From Archangiaceae bacterium (GTDB lineage Bacteria > Myxococcota > Myxococcia > Myxococcales > Myxococcaceae): a stretch of 21,751 nt of DNA. The DNA lies in the NCBI GenBank assembly GCA_043750125.1, contig JAYVCD010000140.1, forward strand, positions 1-21,751, in the 5' to 3' direction. Positions 15,919-21,751 of this stretch are shown piece by piece. Made by a program: the position numbers and the translations under genes. The notes beneath the pieces were generated by a model, which was not told the origin of the DNA, searched no databases, and worked only from the letters and a program-made list of their open reading frames with translations. Each line of letters opens with the position of its first letter. The first letter of the stretch is position 1.

Positions 15919-15948
15919 GCCGCATTTCGGGGGGCCGACGGCTGCTTT

Positions 15949-16323
15949 CTACAGCTCGTTCTTCACTTTCGGTGCGGTGATCCGCAACACGTAGCGCGCC
16001 TTGCCGTAGTTGCCGCTGGGCTTCAGACCCAGCACGAGGAAGTACTCGGGGGTCACCATTCGCATCAGGGTGATCAAGTGCTCGGAGTTGACGCTCACTT
16101 CGGTGATCGGCCCGGTCTTCAACGCCTCGGCCGCGTTGCGCAGCTGAGTGAGAATGTTGGCGTACTCGACCCAGGCGGTGGTGATTTCCAGTGACGCCGA
16201 CTGAGCTGCGGCCGCCGGAGCCTGCAGAGTCTCGACCGCAATGCCGTCGAAGCCCATGACGCTGCAGGCGATGGCCCCGTCGACCTGAGCGACGATCGAT
16301 TCGAGGTGGGTGAGGAAGCTCAC
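15949..16323 (-). CDS. mglC: Roadblock/LC7-domain polarity protein MglC (MglB paralog), 124 aa
   Basis: GTG start at 16323 overlaps the upstream TGA. Sequence MSFLTHLESIVAQVDGAIACSVMGFDGIAV...GNYGKARYVLRITAPKVKNEL. F25, D26 and I28 fall at the numbering of the MglC 'FDI' surface. Position between the pilQ region and efp fits. Confidence 0.9.
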   Translation of the reverse strand: MSFLTHLESIVAQVDGAIACSVMGFDGIAVETLQAPAAAAQSASLEITTAWVEYANILTQLRNAAEALKTGPITEVSVNSEHLITLMRMVTPEYFLVLGLKPSGNYGKARYVLRITAPKVKNEL

Positions 16324-17006
16324 TTGGTGGGGCAGCCCATCGCGCCACTGCAAAGCAGCCGGGCCCCGTCCTGGCCGCCGATGTTGCCGCAGGCACCCGT
16401 CGGGCAGAAGAACTGACCCGCAGGGCAGGTGGTGCCGCTGCGAAAGACAGTGATCGGGAACGTGATCGCGGTGGACTTGATCTTTCCGCCCGAATTGAGC
16501 TGCCCAGTGAATTCGAACTTGACCCGAATGTTGGCAAGGTCGCCAGGGTTGACTACGGCCTTGTTCAGCGCCTCGAAGGCTTTGGGCCCGAGCAGGTTCA
16601 TTCGGATGTTCTGGGTCGAACCGGGCGCGACGGGCACGGTGATCGGCAGCGTTTCTGGCTCGAGGGTGAAGACCGGAACGGTGGCCGTGGCCGTCGCGAC
16701 GTAGGTGAAGTTGATCTGATCGAGGATGACGGTGTTGCGCTGCTTCCCGGTGATCAACGTGACGTTGTCGGCCTTGGTGTCCAGGTTGGCGTCGAGCTCG
16801 CTTTTGAGGCTGGCGATCAACTGGTACGACGCTGCGCCTGAGAGATCGAGGCTGCCGGCGTACTGAGACACGTCGCCGGGCGTGAGCTCGCAAGCGCCCG
16901 TTCCTTTGGGATCGATCGGAAACATCCCGACGACGAACAAAGGACTGTCGTTGACGCACCCTGCGACCACCACAGCAGTTGCAGCGATGAGCAGAAATCG
17001 ATTCAT
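16320..17006 (-). CDS. Cys-rich lipoprotein of unknown function, 228 aa
   Basis: ATG 17006 with GAGG 9 nt upstream, overlapping the pilQ stop; ATG 17012 is an alternative. Lipoprotein signal MNRFLLIAATAVVVAG|C, a beta-rich core and six further Cys, five of them in the last ~35 aa. Confidence 0.82.
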   Translation of the reverse strand: MNRFLLIAATAVVVAGCVNDSPLFVVGMFPIDPKGTGACELTPGDVSQYAGSLDLSGAASYQLIASLKSELDANLDTKADNVTLITGKQRNTVILDQINFTYVATATATVPVFTLEPETLPITVPVAPGSTQNIRMNLLGPKAFEALNKAVVNPGDLANIRVKFEFTGQLNSGGKIKSTAITFPITVFRSGTTCPAGQFFCPTGACGNIGGQDGARLLCSGAMGCPTK

Positions 17007-17017
17007 GGGCATTTTCC

Positions 17018-19639
17018 TCACGGGTTCTGCGCCACGGCCTGGCGGTTGAGAATTCTCGGGGTGATGAAAATCAGCAGCTCGGTGCGGGTCTCGAGCTCGC
17101 GGTAGTTCTTGAAGAGGTAGCCGAGCACTGGAATCTTGCTCAACAGCGGGACGCCGCTCTGGCTCGACGACGAGCCGCGCACGTAGATGCCGCCGATGAC
17201 CGTGGTGTCGGCGTCTTTCACCAGCACCTGGGTCGCCGCTTCTTTCTTCTGAATCGCCGGCTGGCCGTTCGAGCCCGAGTTCGAAGGGTCGGGCTGATTG
17301 TTCTCTGCCTTGATGGTCATCAGGACGCTGCCGTCGGCGGTGATGTGGGGCGTGACCTCGAGCGACAACCGCGCTTCGACGAATGAGGTGTTGGTACCGG
17401 CCGCAGAAACCTGGCTGAACGGAATCGAGACGCCCTGGCTGATTCGAGCGGTCGAGTTGTCGAGGGTGGTGACCTTTGGAGCAGAGATGGTCTTCACGAC
17501 GCCCTGGCTCTCGAGCGCAGACAAGCGAAGGTTCAGCTGCAGGGCGCCGCCCGCTGAGCCGAAGACGAAGCCGAGGCCACCGCCGGATCCCGCTCCAATT
17601 CCGACCGGCAGATTGACCGCGTAGTTCGGAGTGGGCGAAGTGCCGTTGGTGCCTTCGTTGCCTGCGGCACCCGCGACGCGCACCTGGTTGGGGAAGGCGA
17701 GCCCGGTTCCGTTGCCCGTCGACGGCGCGAACTGAACGTTGCCGCCCCACTGAATGCCGACTTCGCGGGCCATTCGGGTGTTGGCTTCGACGATTCGGCT
17801 CTCGATCAAGACCTGCGGAGTCTGGGTGTCTAGCGTCGACACCATCGATCGGATCTTGCCCATGTTCGAGGCGACATCGCGGACGATCATCGTGTTGGTC
17901 CGAGCGTCGACGGTCACGTTGCCCCGCTCGGTGAGAATGTCCTTCACCCGGCCCGAAAGTCCTTCCGCGTTGGCGTAGTTCACCGGAATCAGCTGAACCA
18001 CCAGGTCTTCGAGGGTCCGGGCGGACTTCTTGCGCTCGACGCGGGCCTTCTGCTCGTTCTCGAGCGTGGCATTGGGAGCAACCCGGATGATGTTGCCCAG
18101 GTCTTCCATCCCCAATCCTTTGGAACGAAGGATCAACTCGAGCGCCTGGTCCCAGGGAACGTTGCGAAGGCGAATGGTGACTTTGCCGGTCACGTCGTCG
18201 GCGACGACGATGTTCTTCTTCGAAATCTCGGCGATGATCCGGAGCAGGTTGTGGATGTCGATGTCCTTGAACTCGAACGACACCCGCTTTCCGACGTAGC
18301 CTTTTTGCGGTGCTCCCCGCTCGGCATATTGGGTGGCCTCGGAGGCGAAGCCCGCCGAACGGGCGGTGATCTGCGCCGCCTCGCTCTTCACGCCCTTGAG
18401 CGCCAACCGCCAGGACAGCCCTTGGGGGGTGCGGACGACGGTCTCTTCGAATTCACCCGAGGCGGCAACGACCACCCTCACCCTCTCGCCGGCGCCGGGG
18501 GCCGCAAAAGCGCTGACCATCTTCACCGGAGTGTCGAGAGCGCTGGTATCGAAGCTGCGCTCGAGCCGTTTGGGAATTCGCGCGGACTCGAGGGTCAACA
18601 CGGCACTTCGAGGGTCGGGTCGTTCGACCTTCCAGGTGCTCTCGCCCACCCACTTCACGTCGACGCGGCCGCCGGCGGCGCTCTCTTCGAAGGTCACGTC
18701 CTTCACATCGGCAGCGGCGGTCAGAATCACCGGCTTCGCAGGCGCGGTGACCGGCTTGTCCAGCGCGACGGCTTGACCGTCAATCTCCACCACCGCCTGG
18801 GCGACTTCATTCTTCGGCTGCAATGCGACCGTGAGGCCATTGGCGGTACGGGTGGCCTGGTAATCGGGCATCTGACCTTCGATGTCGAGCACCAGACGTA
18901 CCTTCTCGGGTGACGAGCCGATGCGGACTTCGCGCAGCGCGCCCCCGCGCACGTTCTTCGATTTTGCGGTCGAGCGAACGTTGAACAGATCGATCGCCAG
19001 CCGAGGAGGATTGTCGAGCTCGATGACTTCGAACCGGGCAATTTCGCCGTCGGCAATGATCTTCAACTTGCCGGACGAGAAGCTCAAAGCGGTGATCTTC
19101 CCAGCCGGATTCTTCACCTGCTTCTCATCAAGGCGCGAGGTGACGACTCCGGCCTCGGTGTGACGCGGCGCTGCGGCGACGACCGCAGCGGGCTCGGCGG
19201 CCGGCTGAGCTGCTTCGGCCCGGCCTTCACCATCAATCGAGATCACGACCCGGTTACCGTCGGCGTGAACGTCGTACTTCGAGGCCTTCTCGAGGGCGAC
19301 CAGGACCCGGCCGACGCTCGATCTCTCGTCTGAAAACTGGGAAGCGACGACGCCGGCGACCGGCCCGTTGCCGTCGTGGTGCCCCTTGATTCCGCTGGCG
19401 TCGGCGGACGACAGATCGACCACCAGCCGATCAGGATCATTGAGGCGGAAAACGGTGAAGGTCGCGGCGCGCGTTCCCTCGACCACCACCTGGGCGCCGG
19501 TCGGCGTCTTGACGACCTTCAGGCCACTGAGGTTGTTGAGCTCGGCGGCGCCGGCCGCCTGGGTCGACAACGCCACTGCGGCCAACGCTGCAGACAGCCA
19601 AATTTTGCGGATCATCGCGGGAGTCTCCCTGGTCTTCAT
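17018..19639 (-). CDS. pilQ: Type IVa pilus secretin PilQ with three N-terminal AMIN-like domains, 873 aa
   Basis: Start ATG 19639 overlaps the pilP TGA. Signal peptide, then AMIN-like repeats (LNDPDRLVVDL, LDNPPRLAIDL, PRSAVLTL). N0 motifs GKRVSFEFKDIDIHNLLR and LRNVPWDQALE. Secretin motifs QVLIESRIVEA, LEVTPHIT and GVPLLSKIPVLGYLFK...ELLIFITPRI. Confidence 0.97.
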   Translation of the reverse strand: MKTRETPAMIRKIWLSAALAAVALSTQAAGAAELNNLSGLKVVKTPTGAQVVVEGTRAATFTVFRLNDPDRLVVDLSSADASGIKGHHDGNGPVAGVVASQFSDERSSVGRVLVALEKASKYDVHADGNRVVISIDGEGRAEAAQPAAEPAAVVAAAPRHTEAGVVTSRLDEKQVKNPAGKITALSFSSGKLKIIADGEIARFEVIELDNPPRLAIDLFNVRSTAKSKNVRGGALREVRIGSSPEKVRLVLDIEGQMPDYQATRTANGLTVALQPKNEVAQAVVEIDGQAVALDKPVTAPAKPVILTAAADVKDVTFEESAAGGRVDVKWVGESTWKVERPDPRSAVLTLESARIPKRLERSFDTSALDTPVKMVSAFAAPGAGERVRVVVAASGEFEETVVRTPQGLSWRLALKGVKSEAAQITARSAGFASEATQYAERGAPQKGYVGKRVSFEFKDIDIHNLLRIIAEISKKNIVVADDVTGKVTIRLRNVPWDQALELILRSKGLGMEDLGNIIRVAPNATLENEQKARVERKKSARTLEDLVVQLIPVNYANAEGLSGRVKDILTERGNVTVDARTNTMIVRDVASNMGKIRSMVSTLDTQTPQVLIESRIVEANTRMAREVGIQWGGNVQFAPSTGNGTGLAFPNQVRVAGAAGNEGTNGTSPTPNYAVNLPVGIGAGSGGGLGFVFGSAGGALQLNLRLSALESQGVVKTISAPKVTTLDNSTARISQGVSIPFSQVSAAGTNTSFVEARLSLEVTPHITADGSVLMTIKAENNQPDPSNSGSNGQPAIQKKEAATQVLVKDADTTVIGGIYVRGSSSSQSGVPLLSKIPVLGYLFKNYRELETRTELLIFITPRILNRQAVAQNP

Positions 19640-20214
19640 TCCGTCGCCTTGTTGTTGAACAGGTCGTAGGCCCGCTCGACCCTGTCTTCTTTCTTCACGC
19701 AGATGCTCACCCGGTTTGGGATCTTCTTTCGGTCCGGTGAGAGGAAAAACTCGGTCACTTCCACGCAATCCCGAAGGATCTGGGTCACCTTCCCGCCCTG
19801 CTTGCCCACCTTGGTGTTGCGGCGAACGATGTGTCCGACCTTGTTCGTGTCTTCGAGCATCGCGACGGGGTTGGCATCGCCGCTGACGACCGCGACCAAC
19901 GCCAACTGTTCGAGATCGAATTGGCACAGGGGCTCAGGGCAGATGTCGTTGGCGGCGCTGTCGCCTTGCTTGTCATTCTTGCGCTCGTCGATCGGGCTGC
20001 GAAACGGATCGCGCTTGCCGACCGGGTTGTAGATGTACTCGTACTGCGGTTGTTCGGCGGCGTTTCCCGCGTCGGCCGCAGCGGCCGCAGGTGCAGGCGT
20101 GGCGGCGGCCTTCACTTTGACGGCGGGGACTGCCGCAGGAGCTGCGGGCTCGCTTCCACACGAGACCACGGCCCCCATTGCGCCCATCAGCAGAAAGAAT
20201 CTGAGCTTGGTCAT
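19636..20214 (-). CDS. pilP: Type IVa pilus lipoprotein PilP
   Basis: Lipobox VVS|C, Ala/Pro-rich linker, YNPVGKRDPFRS, EPLCQFDLEQLALVAVV and VGKQGGKVTQI. Lies between pilO and pilQ. Confidence 0.93.
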   Translation of the reverse strand: MTKLRFFLLMGAMGAVVSCGSEPAAPAAVPAVKVKAAATPAPAAAAADAGNAAEQPQYEYIYNPVGKRDPFRSPIDERKNDKQGDSAANDICPEPLCQFDLEQLALVAVVSGDANPVAMLEDTNKVGHIVRRNTKVGKQGGKVTQILRDCVEVTEFFLSPDRKKIPNRVSICVKKEDRVERAYDLFNNKATE

Positions 20215-20220
20215 GGGTGT

Positions 20221-20811
20221 CTACTTCTTCCCGCCAGCTTTGGGCTGATCCAGAAAACGGAAGGTGGTGGCCAGGAAGTCGGTCGAGAGCACAACCTTGT
20301 CATTGCGAACCTGGCCTCCTCCGAGATGAATGTTGTTCACGTTGACGATGCGGCGCAGCAGCGCGATCTCTTGAAGGAAGAGCGCGACCTCGTGGTAGTT
20401 GCCCACGACGCTGACCTTGATGGGAATGCGGGCGAAGAAAGCAGCGGGGACCTCGACACCGGGAGTCACGGCCGAGATCTCGAGCCCCGACTTCTTGCCG
20501 ATGTCATTGAGCTGAGCCAGCAGCTCGTCTACGTCTTTTTTCTCGGGCAGCTCGCTCAACGCCGCAAGCAGCCTGCGCTCGAGGTCGTCCATTTCTTTGC
20601 GACGCTCGTTGAGGTTCTGGGCGATTTCCTGCTTTTCGGCCAGCGTCTTTTCGAGCGCCACCTGTTGACCCTGCAGAGAGACGATCTCCTCTTCGGCAGG
20701 CGAAATCATCAGGAAATAGTTCGCCGCGGTAAGCGCGGCCACCAGGCCGAACATCACGCCGAACTTCAGCGGGTTCGGGGCCTTATTAATTCTTTCGAGC
20801 AGTTGTTCCAT
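20221..20811 (-). CDS. pilO: Type IVa pilus alignment protein PilO
   Basis: One N-terminal TM helix and a coiled coil. Motifs LPEKKDVDELLAQLNDIGKKSGL, FFARIPIKVSVVGNYHEVALF, RIVNV and ATTFRF. Confidence 0.95.
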   Translation of the reverse strand: MEQLLERINKAPNPLKFGVMFGLVAALTAANYFLMISPAEEEIVSLQGQQVALEKTLAEKQEIAQNLNERRKEMDDLERRLLAALSELPEKKDVDELLAQLNDIGKKSGLEISAVTPGVEVPAAFFARIPIKVSVVGNYHEVALFLQEIALLRRIVNVNNIHLGGGQVRNDKVVLSTDFLATTFRFLDQPKAGGKK

Positions 20812-20822
20812 CGATGGGCTCG

Positions 20823-21503
20823 CTAGATCGCGTAGTTGGCAGACATGCTGATCTCGAAGTCGATGTGGCGCTCGGCGGCACCGGCCGCCTTGTCGACCAC
20901 CGACGTCGCCTGCTTGAGATCAATGTTGGAAAAGAAAGCGTTCACGTCGGACACTGAAAAGTCTTCGATTGCACCCTCGCCGGACAGCAGCTCGACCCGA
21001 ACGGTGGTGGCGTCACGCTTGCGCTCGACGACCCGGCCCATGCCCTTCGGGGTCCACACGACCGTGGCCAGGCCTCGCATCAGCTCGGCTACGTCTTCAT
21101 GGCTCAGAGCTTTGCCGTTGATCTTCACCTGCTGCGACTGCTCGTTGAAGTCCGACAGCCAGACCTTCTTGGGCGTCGCGGTGGCGAGCGCGTCCAACAT
21201 TCGCACCGGCCCCGAGCGCAGCTTGCGAAGGTCGTTGAGGATCTTCAGCTTGTCCTCGACTTCCTTTTTGCGCTTGTTGATGTTGTTCACTTCACCGATC
21301 ACTTTCTCGAGCTCGGTGATTCGCCGTTGGGTCTCGACGATCTGATTCGCAAGGCGCGACCGTTCGGACTCGCGATTGGAGTACCAGAGGTAATTGCCTA
21401 CCAGCCCACCGAGCACGATGACGGCGGCCAGAATGAGAACCTGGCGACCGACCTCACGCCTTTGGACCTGCCTTACCGGCAGGAGGTTGATCCGAATCAT
21501 CAT
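20823..21503 (-). CDS. pilN: Type IVa pilus alignment protein PilN
   Basis: N-terminal MIRINLLP (PilM-binding motif), a TM helix, a coiled coil and P.KVWLSDF. SD GAGGAG upstream. The start could be 21503 or 21500. Confidence 0.95.
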   Translation of the reverse strand: MMIRINLLPVRQVQRREVGRQVLILAAVIVLGGLVGNYLWYSNRESERSRLANQIVETQRRITELEKVIGEVNNINKRKKEVEDKLKILNDLRKLRSGPVRMLDALATATPKKVWLSDFNEQSQQVKINGKALSHEDVAELMRGLATVVWTPKGMGRVVERKRDATTVRVELLSGEGAIEDFSVSDVNAFFSNIDLKQATSVVDKAAGAAERHIDFEISMSANYAI

Positions 21504-21517
21504 TGCTTCGTCTCTCC

Positions 21518-21751
21518 TCAGTCGAGCTTGTCGCCTGGCTTGCGCAACGCCAGACCGACCGCTACCGCCGCCATCGGCGCTACGTCCATGATGAAGCTGG
21601 GATCAAACTTGCGGTTGTCGATCTCGATCAACTTGAAGGGATTGAGAATCTCAACCGGCACTCCGACCCGGGCTTCAATGGTCTTGAAGAGCGCGGGAAT
21701 CTTGGCCGTGCCACCCGAGAGGTAGACCTTGGAGAACGTCGCGTCGGCGGC
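21518..21751 (-). CDS. pilM: Type IVa pilus assembly protein PilM, C-terminal 77 aa (runs off the window; absent from the ORF track)
   Basis: Manual translation: AADATFSKVYLSGGTAKIPALFKTIEARVGVPVEILNPFKLIEIDNRKFDPSFIMDVAPMAAVAVGLALRKPGDKLD*. It has the actin-like LSGG motif, NPF and AVAVGLALR. Stop at 21518-21520, directly upstream of pilN. Confidence 0.93.
   Translation of the reverse strand, partial: AADATFSKVYLSGGTAKIPALFKTIEARVGVPVEILNPFKLIEIDNRKFDPSFIMDVAPMAAVAVGLALRKPGDKLD

Noticed and set aside
15846..15948. Spacer as a tRNA or known riboswitch (also 13205-13306)
   Set aside because: No cloverleaf, T-loop GTTCGA in the right context, CCA end or recognisable aptamer consensus was found.
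16324..17750. Apparent 476-aa and 336-aa proteins (extensions of the lipoprotein and MglC), which could suggest fusions or frameshifting
   Set aside because: The extensions are off-frame readings of pilQ and of the lipoprotein gene. Each real gene has its own start signal and no slippery site was seen.
19640..19927. ORF-track N-terminal extension of PilQ (969 aa)
   Set aside because: It overlaps pilP in another frame and is Arg/Gly-rich nonsense. The signal peptide and ATGA coupling point to a start at 19639.
1..21751. Very frequent CTCGAG/TCGA words and rare CTAG, considered as a possible repeat family or restriction-site signal
   Set aside because: They are dispersed without regular spacing and are explained by codon usage (CTC-GAG Leu-Glu, GTC-GAC, ATC-GAG). 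CTAG avoidance is common in bacteria. Not counted formally.
17018..21751. pilMNOPQ as a type II secretion or competence-only locus, or as a novel system
   Set aside because: AMIN-containing PilQ, the PilN INLLP motif and linkage to mglC/sgmX match the well-described myxobacterial type IVa motility pilus.

Overview
GC-rich bacterial DNA, almost fully coding, with no tRNA, rRNA, CRISPR array or mobile element that I can see. Protein sequences and gene order point to Myxococcota (Myxococcales-like). The minus strand carries one long co-directional run: pilM (3' part only), pilN, pilO, pilP, pilQ (type IVa pilus alignment complex and secretin), a Cys-rich lipoprotein, mglC (roadblock polarity protein), efp, accB, accC, an sgmX-like TPR protein, an ExeA/MshM-like AAA+ ATPase, tamB, a 7-POTRA Omp85 and a membrane-bound acyltransferase. 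A 5'-truncated Spinster-type MFS transporter converges on this run from the plus strand. From memory, the order matches the Myxococcus xanthus pilQ-mglC-efp-accBC-sgmX region, so most parts belong to known families. The least explained parts are: (i) the TPR/ATPase/TamB/7-POTRA-Omp85 module; (ii) the acyltransferase plus Spinster MFS pair, which could be a lysolipid recycling unit; (iii) their 65-bp convergent overlap, where both strands encode the same C-terminal peptide SLPPPGA; (iv) the lipoprotein translationally coupled to mglC. Several ORF-track starts are over-extended and are corrected here. All family calls come from motif recognition, not database searches.
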